Of a DNA stretch of 64,000 bases, positions 1 to 9,724 are shown piece by piece. The number at the start of each line of letters is the position of its first letter. Within the stretch, counting starts at the first letter, position 1. The stretch is from Candidatus Borrarchaeum weybense (GTDB lineage: Archaea > Asgardarchaeota > Sifarchaeia > Borrarchaeales > Borrarchaeaceae). The notes beneath the pieces are model-generated. The model did not search any database. It saw nothing but the letters and a program-made list of their open reading frames with translations, and had not been told where the DNA came from. The translations under genes were made by a program, and so were the position numbers. Location: the NCBI GenBank assembly GCA_019057385.1, contig JAHQJS010000007.1, forward strand, positions 811,685 through 875,684. The letters are read 5' to 3'.

Positions 1-1251
1 TCCTGAACAGGAAGAAGTGCTCTGGAAACTATCGGAGAAATGCAGACTCATCTATAATTTTGCCCTTGCCGAACGAAGGCACGCCTATCGACACGGCATT
101 AAGGGCGTGAATTATCGCAAACAGCAAAACGACCTGCCAAGGATCAAAAAGCAATACCCTGAATATACTTGGGTGTATTCGAAGGTGTTACAGTATGTGT
201 TGAGGTCATTAGCCGCCGATTATGAGTCGTTCTTTGCCCTTCGAAAAAATGGGTACGCCGAGGCCCGCTCCCCGCGATATAAAGGCAAACAGTACTTCAC
301 CACCATAGTCTATAACCAGTCAGGATTCAAGCTAGAACAAGGAACAATTTCCTTTTCCCATAACTACAATGATATCCCTTTGGGGTTCGCCCTGCCAGAA
401 AAATTCTCTTTTGACAACACGCAGGTCAAACAGGTCGCCATCTCCGCACAACGAAATCGCTATTTTGTGACCATCACCCACCAGGTGGAAGAACCGGCCT
501 ATGTGGATAACGAGCAGTACCAGGCCATTGACTTGGGTGTTACTCACATCGTGACTGCGGTAAACTCCCAGGGAAAGTTCTTGGTAGTAAATAATCAGCG
601 TCCAGACAAATACTGGAATCCCAAAATCGCCAGGATTCAAGCGCGGCGGGACAGGTGTAAGAAATTCAGCAACAGGTGGAAGCTCTTCAACCGTATCAAA
701 CGCAAGTACGAGCGGAAACGTGATGCACAGCTAAAAAATTTCCAGCACAAACTCAGTACGAAGTTAGTGAACAACACGAAGGCGAATACCCTTATTGTGG
801 GCGATCTTGAGATCAAAGCGATGGCACAGTCAAAGAATGTGCCGAACTTTATAAGATCGGGATTAAACCGCGCCACACAGAACACGGGTACGCTGGGGCG
901 GTTCGTGCATTTTCTAACCTACAAATCGAAACGAGTAGGTAAAAGATTAATAGAATTTGACGAATGCAATACCTCCCGAGAGTGTTATGTGTGTGGAAAA
1001 CTTCATTATATGCCAATATGGCAGCGAGTTATGAATTGTGAGTGTGGTAACGTGATTACTAGAGACAAAAATAGTTGCGTGGTGCTCATGAAACGTTACC
1101 TATCACAGAATGCTAAGTGGACAGGCTATCAAGCATTCCTTGATAATCTGCGACAAACAGCCAAAGGTAAAACGAAAGTACCCAGTCCCAGTGATGGATA
1201 TGGTTTGGAGGACTCGCAGGAAGCCCCCTCTGTCAAGGTGGGGTAGTTCAC
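1..1251 (+). mobile_element. IS200/IS605-family element (TnpB), left part outside window; right end ...GGGTAGTTCAC at 1251
   Basis: TnpB ORF, higher GC than flanks, subterminal hairpin-like GCAGGAAGCCCC...AAGGTGGGGTAGTTCAC end. Confidence 0.85.
17..1246 (+). CDS. tnpB: TnpB RNA-guided endonuclease (frame is open to the window edge, so 5' partial)
   Basis: AIDLG RuvC-I, VGDL/FDECNTS, CxxC...CxC zinc ribbon, RDKNS RuvC-III. Confidence 0.9.
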   Translation: MLWKLSEKCRLIYNFALAERRHAYRHGIKGVNYRKQQNDLPRIKKQYPEYTWVYSKVLQYVLRSLAADYESFFALRKNGYAEARSPRYKGKQYFTTIVYNQSGFKLEQGTISFSHNYNDIPLGFALPEKFSFDNTQVKQVAISAQRNRYFVTITHQVEEPAYVDNEQYQAIDLGVTHIVTAVNSQGKFLVVNNQRPDKYWNPKIARIQARRDRCKKFSNRWKLFNRIKRKYERKRDAQLKNFQHKLSTKLVNNTKANTLIVGDLEIKAMAQSKNVPNFIRSGLNRATQNTGTLGRFVHFLTYKSKRVGKRLIEFDECNTSRECYVCGKLHYMPIWQRVMNCECGNVITRDKNSCVVLMKRYLSQNAKWTGYQAFLDNLRQTAKGKTKVPSPSDGYGLEDSQEAPSVKVG

Positions 1252-1311
1252 GAATCTATCTGATTTCATGTTAACCAAGTCATAGCCTATTGAAGATTTT
1301 GATTTTCGACG

Positions 1312-2436
1312 GTGAGAACACTGCTAAACGATAAAGAAATAACTAGAGAACGAATACGATTACAATGCTTAGGCATAAAGAGCGAAGGAATTCATAAAGG
1401 TAGAAAAGGAGGAGCTGGTCCAACTGGTGGCAGATCTATGATTTTTCCCAATGGGACACTAGGAAATGTGCCACTCAGAGGAAATTTCGTACGTAGTTCT
1501 CCTTATACGTTAAGGGAAGTTGATACAGAGGTATATGAAATCTGGCACGACTTACGTGAAGAGTCAATAATGAAAGTAGGCTTCGTTCCTAGACCAAAGT
1601 TTTATGATAAACTCACTACAGACGATATTCCGATGTGGAAGCTTTCCGCACTTCACGGCGCCGATTGCGTTGCAACAACGTTAAACAGGTATTGTTTCCT
1701 CTGGCGGAAAGGAAAACAGTGTAGGTTCTGCTCGATTGAAATGGCAATAAAATCACATAACGGGATAAGTTTAGCAATCAAGAAACCTCGGTGGTTTCGT
1801 GAAGTTGTCGTCGAAGCATACAAAGAGGGAGTCTGTAACCACATTACCTTAACTTCTGGGACACCAGGCACTCCAGACAAAGGCTGCAAATTAACAGCAG
1901 ATGTTGTCAGTGAGGTAAAACGCTATGTAAATGTTCCAATTCATGGTCAGGTTGCCCCATTAGACGAAGATAAATTTCATTATTATGATATGCTCAGGGA
2001 TTCAGGCCTTGATACCCTTGGAATACATGCAGATGTTATCGATCCAGAGGTCATAAAGGTCATGTGCCCTGGAAAAGAAGATTTTGGATGGGAAAAATAT
2101 ATCAAAGCATGGAAATATGTTGTAGAACTCTTTGGTGAAAATCAGGTTACATCATTTGTATTAGCAGGTCTCGGAGAAAGAGATGATGTTCTTATTGAAG
2201 GCATGAAAAGAATGGCCAGCATCGGTGTCATTCCATATTTGATACCATTTAGGCCCTTACCAGAAACACCTCTTGCCGATGCACGACCTCCAGATCCTGA
2301 AAGAATGATTCGACTTTTTGGAGAGTTGCAACAAATTGTTTTAGATGCAGGTCTCGATGTATTTAAGAATAAAGGTGGCTGTATGAGATGTGGGGCCTGT
2401 AGTTCCAACAGAGAAGCAATTAAGTATGGAGTTTAA
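1312..2436 (+). CDS. Radical SAM protein, MSMEG_0568/LipS1-like (putative sulfur-inserting lipoate synthase component)
   Basis: GRKGGAGP N-terminal motif, CX8CX2C (CFLWRKGKQCRFC), C-terminal GCMRCGACS. Confidence 0.7.
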   Translation: MRTLLNDKEITRERIRLQCLGIKSEGIHKGRKGGAGPTGGRSMIFPNGTLGNVPLRGNFVRSSPYTLREVDTEVYEIWHDLREESIMKVGFVPRPKFYDKLTTDDIPMWKLSALHGADCVATTLNRYCFLWRKGKQCRFCSIEMAIKSHNGISLAIKKPRWFREVVVEAYKEGVCNHITLTSGTPGTPDKGCKLTADVVSEVKRYVNVPIHGQVAPLDEDKFHYYDMLRDSGLDTLGIHADVIDPEVIKVMCPGKEDFGWEKYIKAWKYVVELFGENQVTSFVLAGLGERDDVLIEGMKRMASIGVIPYLIPFRPLPETPLADARPPDPERMIRLFGELQQIVLDAGLDVFKNKGGCMRCGACSSNREAIKYGV

Positions 2437-2463
2437 TTTACAAAATTTGTTTTTTTTTGAAAT

Positions 2464-2515
2464 TTACTAGTAGCTAAGCAAGAAAGCACCACAGCTTTAG
2501 CTTGAGGTAGTTCAC
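2464..2515 (+). mobile_element. ~52 bp miniature IS200/IS605 derivative (PATE-like), copy 1
   Basis: TTACTAGTAGCTAAGCAAGAAAGCACCACAGCTTTAGCTTGAGGTAGTTCAC; near-identical inverted copy at 31357-31408; ends in the TnpB-element right-end motif. Confidence 0.8.
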
Positions 2516-2635
2516 ATTAAGACATTCAATTGGTTAAAAGATGTTATTTTGATTTTTAGTTATAGCCTTTTTTTGAAAGCGATTGAAGTAACAAATAAAT
2601 AGCACGAAAATAAATCAGGAATTGGAGAGAAATTA

Positions 2636-3085
2636 ATGACAACACACGAGAAAAGTAAGTTTCAATCACTTTCCGAACTGTTAGAAAAATTAAATGAAAA
2701 GGGAAATTTTGATGCGAGCGCTATTGCCAGTGAAGATGGTCTTGTCATGGCAGAACACATCCGTAATAACCTCAGCAGAGAAGCTTTAGCAGCAGTTTCT
2801 GCCCTTGTTTATGCTATGGGACAAAGAACCCAAGATTATCTAAAATTAAAGAAGATTTATGGTATTGGTTTTGATTCACCTTTGGGTCGTATTTATTTTC
2901 GTCCAATTGCTATCCGTGAAGATAAGAGAAAAACGAATTTGATATTAACAGTAATTGGAAACAATTCGACCCCTAGTTTTAAAGAAAGGCTTAATATCTT
3001 ATTATTTAAACGTTCTTTGGTTGAAACGCTTTTAGATTGGGCAAAACAATCCATAATTCAAATATTCAATGAATCTACTATCTAA
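2636..3085 (+). CDS. Roadblock/LC7 (MglB-like) domain protein
   Basis: ASAIASEDGLVMA...EALAAVSA pattern typical of roadblock fold. Confidence 0.75.
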   Translation: MTTHEKSKFQSLSELLEKLNEKGNFDASAIASEDGLVMAEHIRNNLSREALAAVSALVYAMGQRTQDYLKLKKIYGIGFDSPLGRIYFRPIAIREDKRKTNLILTVIGNNSTPSFKERLNILLFKRSLVETLLDWAKQSIIQIFNESTI

Positions 3086-3316
3086 AATACTTTAAGTTTG
3101 CCTAACTTAGCTTTGAATGAACTTATAGTCAATTGAAATTTCGGATTTGGATTATTTGTAGTCATTCTTTCAAGCAATTTCTTTTGCGTTTAGCACTTTC
3201 TTCTGATATTATAACATACCTCACCTAAGATTCAATAAAATCTTATTCGAAACAACAAAAATGTTTAACAACTGACTTTAATTACATCGTGATAATCAAT
3301 AATTCAGAGAAGGGAA

Positions 3317-4714
3317 ATGTTTATGGAAATTCAAAGTTTCCTTGAAGAAATCGTCGGAGAGCAATATGTACTTGCTGAAGACTTCGAAAAGATTGTTTAT
3401 TCGAGAGATGCAAGTATTGAGCCACCAATATTGCCAGATTATGTCGTAAGACCGAGAACTATTGAAGAAATTCAAAAAATCGTAAAATTGATTAATTCGG
3501 CATCCCATAGACACCCAATTCATATCAGATGCTCTTCAACAGCTTATTGGGGAGGTGGTGTACCTACTAAGGGAGGCATTATCCTTGATTTAAGCAGAAT
3601 GAATAAAATCATAGAAATAAACGAGGATACACAATGCGTCACGGTAGAGCCAGGTATCACGTTTGGTGAATTATTTGCAGCCTTGGAACAGAAAGGATAC
3701 AGAATAGGCGAACGACCAGAATCTGCATACTCTGCTTGTGTAGGAGGGCATGTTGCATCAATGGGTGCTGGTTTGGGACAATATATCTTTGGAAATCAAG
3801 GAGATCAGGTAACAGGATTAAATGTTGTGTTACCTGATGGTACACTCTTAACTACAGGGTCTGGTGCCCTTGAAAATACTCCAAAATTTACCAAATGGAT
3901 ATTCGGCCCTGATCTTTCAGGCTTATTTATTGGTTCAGAGGGAGTCCTAGGAGTTATTGTTGAGGTCACATTGAAACTTTATCCACTTCCAAGAGCTATG
4001 ACATTTGCTACTTTTGCCTTCGAGAATATTGAAGACGCCATAGAAGCTGTGTATCAAATTCAAAGAGGACCATTTTCGATCCAATATTTATCCTGTTTTG
4101 AAGGCGCCAGTTTTGTTAAAACATATCCGCAACTTGATTGGGGAAGCAAAGCTAAGCATGGCATTGTATTAACAATAGTGATTGAAGGTAGGAGTAAAGA
4201 AGATGCAGCCATTCAAAAAGAAGAGATAACACAAGAAGCGTTTAGACACCGCGGGGAAGATTTGGGGGAGGCATTTGCACGTGATATTTTCTGGAAAAAT
4301 CGATATAACTGGGCAGTAACGCGAACACTTCGAAAAGGTCTGAGAACAATTATTTTATTTCGCGTTCCAACGAAAAAAATACCCCTATTCTGGGAAGAAA
4401 CCCGTACTATCGGTGATCAGTTTGATCTCAAAATTGGACGGAGCTGCCAAGCAAGAAGTCGCCATTTTATTAGTTATCATCCCTCAATTCGCTATTCAGA
4501 AAAGACTCCTGAAATATGGGAAAAGGTCAAAGAATGTAAAAATGCGCTATACCTACGATTTATCGAACTAGGTGGAATGCCATGTCGATTACCTGGACAA
4601 TTGCCTGAATCTATTACACATAAATTCAAACACTACCTATTATTTCTTAGAAGACTAAAAACATGTATCGACCCCAATAATATTTTTTCATCAAGCAAAA
4701 TAGTTGGGTTGTAG
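3317..4714 (+). CDS. FAD-binding oxidoreductase (GlcD/D-lactate dehydrogenase-like)
   Basis: VVRP..EE, GGIILDLSRMNKI, VEPG, FIGSEGVLGVI, C-terminal DPNNIF. Confidence 0.85.
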   Translation: MFMEIQSFLEEIVGEQYVLAEDFEKIVYSRDASIEPPILPDYVVRPRTIEEIQKIVKLINSASHRHPIHIRCSSTAYWGGGVPTKGGIILDLSRMNKIIEINEDTQCVTVEPGITFGELFAALEQKGYRIGERPESAYSACVGGHVASMGAGLGQYIFGNQGDQVTGLNVVLPDGTLLTTGSGALENTPKFTKWIFGPDLSGLFIGSEGVLGVIVEVTLKLYPLPRAMTFATFAFENIEDAIEAVYQIQRGPFSIQYLSCFEGASFVKTYPQLDWGSKAKHGIVLTIVIEGRSKEDAAIQKEEITQEAFRHRGEDLGEAFARDIFWKNRYNWAVTRTLRKGLRTIILFRVPTKKIPLFWEETRTIGDQFDLKIGRSCQARSRHFISYHPSIRYSEKTPEIWEKVKECKNALYLRFIELGGMPCRLPGQLPESITHKFKHYLLFLRRLKTCIDPNNIFSSSKIVGL

Positions 4715-5879
4715 AAAATTGCTTATATCGAAACCAGAAGTTCTTACTGATGCACTATATAAGTGCGGACGATGCTCTTATTGTAGAGGATGTAATGCAG
4801 AAACACCAATCATCTGTCCAGCCTATGAACTTACAGATAAACTTGAAACAGTTTCTCCTAAAGGACGATTACAGATTGCAAGACGTCTTTTTGAAGGATC
4901 TATACAGCCCAGTAAAGAACTCTCAGAAGCTTTCTTTTTATGTCCTCTATGTGGAGATTGTCGAGATAAGTGTATTGAGGGGATAGATACTACGGAAGTA
5001 TTTGAAGTTATACGAGAAGTATTAGTTAAAGAAAATGCCGGAATAGATACTCATTCAAAGTTTATGGGGTCAATAGTCGAAAACAATAATCCCTATTTCG
5101 AACCGCATGAAAAGCGATTAGCATGGTTGCCAAAACAGCTCTCACCAAGTAATCCAATGACACCAGAATATGCTTATTTTGTTGGATGTACCTCTGCTTA
5201 CCGAAGGCAACCAATAGCAGTAGCTACCACGGAAATCCTCCAGACAGCGAAAGTGAAATTCACTTTTATGGACGAAGTTTGTTGTGGGTCACCTTTACTA
5301 AGAACTGGTCATAAAGAGGTTGCCAAGAAACTTGCGAAAAAAAACATTGAGACGATCAAAAAAACTGGCGTTAAAAAGGTCATCACCAGTTGTGCTGGAT
5401 GTTATAGGACGCTTAAAAAGGATTATCCAATACTTCTTGAGCAAGAACTTCCATTCGAAGTGATTCATTCAGCAGAGCTACTCGCAGAATTAATTAAAGA
5501 CGATCAATTAGAACTTTCAGAAGGCACGCCGATGAAGGTGACATATCACGATCCTTGTCACCTAGGTAGACACGTAGGGGTATACGAGCCTCCAAGGGAC
5601 GTTTTAAAACACATTCCAAATCTCAAATTTATTGAGATGACTGAAAATAGAAATAACGCACTTTGTTGTGGTGCGGGAGGAGGGTTTAGAGCGGGATATA
5701 AAGACCTGTCAATTGATTTAGCGGCTTTACGTGTGTCTCAAGTTAAAAATATAGATGCAGAAATTCTCTCCTCATCATGCCCATTCTGTCATTACAATCT
5801 CGAACTAGGACGAGATAAAATAGATAAAAACATAAAAATCGCAGATATTACGGAACTAATAGCAAGGCGACTTCTTTAG
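4704..5879 (+). CDS. Fe-S oxidoreductase, HdrD/GlcF-like (two CCG domains)
   Basis: CxxCxxC ferredoxin motifs, VCCG, YHDPCHLGR, CCGAGGG, SCPFC. Confidence 0.85.
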   Translation: MGCRKLLISKPEVLTDALYKCGRCSYCRGCNAETPIICPAYELTDKLETVSPKGRLQIARRLFEGSIQPSKELSEAFFLCPLCGDCRDKCIEGIDTTEVFEVIREVLVKENAGIDTHSKFMGSIVENNNPYFEPHEKRLAWLPKQLSPSNPMTPEYAYFVGCTSAYRRQPIAVATTEILQTAKVKFTFMDEVCCGSPLLRTGHKEVAKKLAKKNIETIKKTGVKKVITSCAGCYRTLKKDYPILLEQELPFEVIHSAELLAELIKDDQLELSEGTPMKVTYHDPCHLGRHVGVYEPPRDVLKHIPNLKFIEMTENRNNALCCGAGGGFRAGYKDLSIDLAALRVSQVKNIDAEILSSSCPFCHYNLELGRDKIDKNIKIADITELIARRLL

Positions 5880-5884
5880 CAAGG

Positions 5885-7186
5885 ATGACGTTAATTATGA
5901 CCGAAACGGATTTGTGGCTTCAAAAACTACAAGATGAGGATTCAAAGGTAAAAGAAGGTGCAGTATATGCTCTGGGTGAACTCGGTGACACAAGTGCTGT
6001 AGAGCCACTAATTATTATGCTCGAAGATCCTTCGTCTGATGTTCGAAAAAGTGCTGCGGTAGCATTAGGTTGGTTGAAAGACATACGAGCCGTAGATCCT
6101 CTTTTAAATTACCTCAAGAAGGCTCAAACAAGCGAGTTCAGTTCAATAACTTATGCACTCAGCGAATTAAAAGATAAGAAGGCAGTTGAACCGCTAATTC
6201 AAATAGCGCTTGGATCGGATTCTCAACAGATACGCAAACCGTGTATTCGTGCACTAGGTAAATTGAATGATAAGAGAGCGATAATCCCATTTTTAGAAAT
6301 TCTTTCAAACAAAGAAGCAAGAGATTTCCATATTTTCACTAATGAAACGCTTGACAGAATGTTAGATGACGAAGGAATTAAAACGCTTATCCAAGCGTTT
6401 GATTGTTCAAATGATGCTGTAAAATGGATTGCATCAAGAAAAATAAGGGAATTAAGCGAAAAAAGTTATGAGCCGCTGATCCAGGCTATAAAGGAAGGAA
6501 GTGGAGATATCAGAAAACATTCTATCATAACAATTGCAGAAATGAAAGAAATAAAGGATATTGCGTTCCTTAATCAATTTATTGAAGATGAAACCCTGAA
6601 ATATTATATAGCAATCGCCTTTGGAAAGCGTGGTAATACAAGAGCATTAGAGATCTTAATTGCGGGGCTTACACATCTTTCAGCATGGGTAAGAGAACAT
6701 TCGGCTTTGGCTTTAGGCATAATAAAGGAAAGAAAAGCCTTTGATGCGCTAATTATAGCATTGAAGGATACAGAACGAGAAGTTCGTGCGGCTGCTGCGT
6801 TTGCTCTTGGTGAACTAAAAGATGAAAAGGCTATCGATCCATTAATTCAAGCTATGATTTCTGAAAAGGGTGAGGATTGGTATACAAAAGGAGCTTTTGT
6901 TCGGGAAACTATTGCTAAAGCGCTTGGAGAAATAGGTGGCCACGCTTCAAAACCGCTTTTAGCAATCTTTGAAGAAAGTAAAGATTGGAACCTTCGTTTT
7001 ATTGCTGCTGTGGCTTTAGCATCAATGAAAAACCATGTCGGAATAAATTACTTAGTTCGAGGGTTGCTGCAGGGTACCTTATTTTTGCAATATGCGTGTC
7101 GTAGGATAATCAAAGAATTGGTCAAGGAAAATAAGATTTCGCCAGAAATACTCAAAAAACACCAATGGAGTTTCAGATGGGAATAA
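5885..7186 (+). CDS. HEAT (PBS lyase-like) repeat protein, paralog 1
   Basis: Repeated VR..AA.ALG.L.D..AV.PLI motifs. Confidence 0.85.
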   Translation: MTLIMTETDLWLQKLQDEDSKVKEGAVYALGELGDTSAVEPLIIMLEDPSSDVRKSAAVALGWLKDIRAVDPLLNYLKKAQTSEFSSITYALSELKDKKAVEPLIQIALGSDSQQIRKPCIRALGKLNDKRAIIPFLEILSNKEARDFHIFTNETLDRMLDDEGIKTLIQAFDCSNDAVKWIASRKIRELSEKSYEPLIQAIKEGSGDIRKHSIITIAEMKEIKDIAFLNQFIEDETLKYYIAIAFGKRGNTRALEILIAGLTHLSAWVREHSALALGIIKERKAFDALIIALKDTEREVRAAAAFALGELKDEKAIDPLIQAMISEKGEDWYTKGAFVRETIAKALGEIGGHASKPLLAIFEESKDWNLRFIAAVALASMKNHVGINYLVRGLLQGTLFLQYACRRIIKELVKENKISPEILKKHQWSFRWE

Positions 7187-7400
7187 CAGCACTTAATTAT
7201 CTGATGGTTTTCTCTGCATCTTATGAATACCTTCTAATTAATTATCTCCAAAAACCTTAAAAGAATGGGGTTCAATTCATACCACCGCTGATTCAGTATG
7301 GTATTCTTAAGCCTTTATGTAAGTTCATCTCTTACATCATGCTGCTTTGTGCGAAGAAAAATGGTTCCTCTCTGAAAAAATCGCTATAAAGTGATTTTTT

Positions 7401-8702
7401 ATGACTGACTTAGAAAAATTGCTACAGAGATTAAACGATAAGGACTCTAGGGGAAGGGAAGAGGCACTGTACGCCTTGGGTGAACTTGGTGATATACGTG
7501 CTGTAAAGCCACTGATTGATATACTCAAAGATCCTTCGATCCGATTGCGAAAAGGTGCTGCTGTGGCGTTAGGTTGGCTGAAAGATAAAAGGGCTGTTGA
7601 TCCTCTTTTAAAGTATCTTAAAACGGCTCAGGCGAGTGAGTTTAGTTCAATAACTTATGCACTCAGCGAATTAAAAGATAAGAAGGCAGTTGAACCGCTA
7701 ATTCAAATAGCGCTTGGATCGGATTCTCAACAGATACGCAAACCGTGTATTCGTGCGCTAGGCAAAATGGATGATAAGAGAGCAATAATTCCATTAATAG
7801 AAATTATTACAAATGAAAAAGAAGCTCTGGATTTTCAAAATTTCACTAAGGAAATTCTTGACAGAATGTTAGATGACGAAGGAATTAATGAGCTTATCAA
7901 AGCGTTTGATTATCCATATGAGGGGGTAAAATGGTTTGCATCAAGAAAATTAAGGGACTTAAGCGATAAAAGTTTTGAACCGCTTGTCCATGCTATAAAA
8001 GAAGGAAGTGGAGATCTAAGGAAATATTCTATTATAACAGTTGCAGAAATAGAGAATTCAAAAAATATTGATTTCCTTAATCAATTCATTAACGATGACC
8101 AATTGAAATACTATGCTGCAGTAGCATTAAGCCGAGGCGATACACAGGTTGTAAATATTTTAATTGAAGGACTTAAACACCCTTCAACATGGGTAAGAGA
8201 ACATTCTGCTTTAGCGTTAGGCAGGACAAAAGATAAGAAAGGCTTTGGTGTTTTAATTGCGGCACTTAAAGATCCAAGACGAGAAGTTCGCGCTGCTGCA
8301 GCAACAGCTTTAGGTGAACTGAGAGATGAAAACGCTATAGAGCCATTAATTCAAGCGATAGTTGATGAAACAAATGAGAACTACTATACGAAAGGTGCTT
8401 TTGTTCGGGAAGCTATCGCTAATGCCCTCGGGAAAATAGGTGGGGCTTCTGAACGTCTTTTAGAGCTTGCTAAAAATGAGAATATTAGATGGAATATTCG
8501 ATTTTTTTTCATAGTCGCTTTAGTTGAAATGGGAAACGAACAGGGAATAGATCTCATAATAGAAGGAATGAATCACTCTTTATGGTATATGCGTTATAAC
8601 TGTTCTAGGATACTCAAACGATTTGTCAAGGAAAAAAAGATTCCACTTGAGAAAATTAGAAAACCAATTGCATATTTCTTTGATCCTAGAGTTATTCGCT
8701 GA
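7401..8702 (+). CDS. HEAT (PBS lyase-like) repeat protein, paralog 2
   Basis: Same repeat pattern, colinear with 5885-7186. Confidence 0.85.
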   Translation: MTDLEKLLQRLNDKDSRGREEALYALGELGDIRAVKPLIDILKDPSIRLRKGAAVALGWLKDKRAVDPLLKYLKTAQASEFSSITYALSELKDKKAVEPLIQIALGSDSQQIRKPCIRALGKMDDKRAIIPLIEIITNEKEALDFQNFTKEILDRMLDDEGINELIKAFDYPYEGVKWFASRKLRDLSDKSFEPLVHAIKEGSGDLRKYSIITVAEIENSKNIDFLNQFINDDQLKYYAAVALSRGDTQVVNILIEGLKHPSTWVREHSALALGRTKDKKGFGVLIAALKDPRREVRAAAATALGELRDENAIEPLIQAIVDETNENYYTKGAFVREAIANALGKIGGASERLLELAKNENIRWNIRFFFIVALVEMGNEQGIDLIIEGMNHSLWYMRYNCSRILKRFVKEKKIPLEKIRKPIAYFFDPRVIR

Positions 8703-8833
8703 ACACTCCAGTTTACACATCGGAGTTGTGAGTTCGATGTGATATAATAAAGATTTATATAATGCTCAGTATATATGGTCATATGTCGATATACAAAAGA
8801 AATCAGTATTTTGTATTTTAAAGAGTTTTAGGC

Positions 8834-9145
8834 GTGTTTATGATGGCTCCAGCAAACATGATTCGTGCAAAGGTATTTAAAGCAATCGCAGATCCTACTA
8901 GACTCGAAATAATCGAATTCTTGAAAGATAGCGAGAAATGCCAATGCGAAATCCACCCAGAATTGGAAAAAAGCCAGTCTACGGTCTCGCAACACCTAAA
9001 GATTTTGTTAGACTGTGGGATTTTGGCTTTCAGACGCGATGGCCAAAAAAAGATGTACAAAATAAAAGACCCAGATGTACTGCAAATTATTGAGTTAATT
9101 GATGACATAATAACAAAACACTATTCACAATTTATTTTAACTTAA
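8834..9145 (+). CDS. ArsR/SmtB family transcriptional regulator
   Basis: FKAIADPTRLEII...SQSTVSQHLKIL. Confidence 0.9.
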   Translation: MFMMAPANMIRAKVFKAIADPTRLEIIEFLKDSEKCQCEIHPELEKSQSTVSQHLKILLDCGILAFRRDGQKKMYKIKDPDVLQIIELIDDIITKHYSQFILT

Positions 9146-9265
9146 ACAAACCAAATTGCCTATGACGAATCTAAGACGTAAGATATTCGAGTTTAATCTT
9201 TAAATTGAATTGTTCAAGAATTTCTTATGCTATAAAATACTTAAATCCTTAGATGGAGGCTTTGC

Positions 9266-9724
9266 ATGTCCCTTGAAGTAGAGGAAGATGAGGACGAATT
9301 CAGAGTGAATTACAATAACAATGTGATGCATTTTCCCAAGCATATATATTATACAGAACAAGATTTGTGGATGAGAGTAGGGGAGGTTAGCGGAATTGCA
9401 ACAGTTGGGCTAACTGACTATTCTTTATTATTACTTAGTGAAATTACTTCTTTAGAAATTAAAACAGATCCTGATACTGTTGTTTCGCCCATGGAAGAGA
9501 TCGGTTTTATAAAATCAAATAAAACTGAATTGAAAATATTTCCACCTGTTTCAGGAAAAATAATTGCCATAAATAGCAGGCTTAAAGATCAACCAAATGT
9601 AGGACGAGACAATTATGAGAGAGGATGGCTGTTCAAAATAAGTCCAAGTGAACTAGATTCGGAACTTCGTGATTTGTGCATTAATGCGAAATACTATGTT
9701 AAAGTCTTGCAAGAACGTTTGTAA
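9266..9724 (+). CDS. Glycine cleavage H-protein-like lipoyl carrier; stop codon supplied by the adjacent IS end
   Basis: YYTEQDLW, VGLTDY, KSNK lipoyl-Lys motif, PVSGKIIAIN, YERGWLFKI. Confidence 0.75.
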   Translation: MSLEVEEDEDEFRVNYNNNVMHFPKHIYYTEQDLWMRVGEVSGIATVGLTDYSLLLLSEITSLEIKTDPDTVVSPMEEIGFIKSNKTELKIFPPVSGKIIAINSRLKDQPNVGRDNYERGWLFKISPSELDSELRDLCINAKYYVKVLQERL

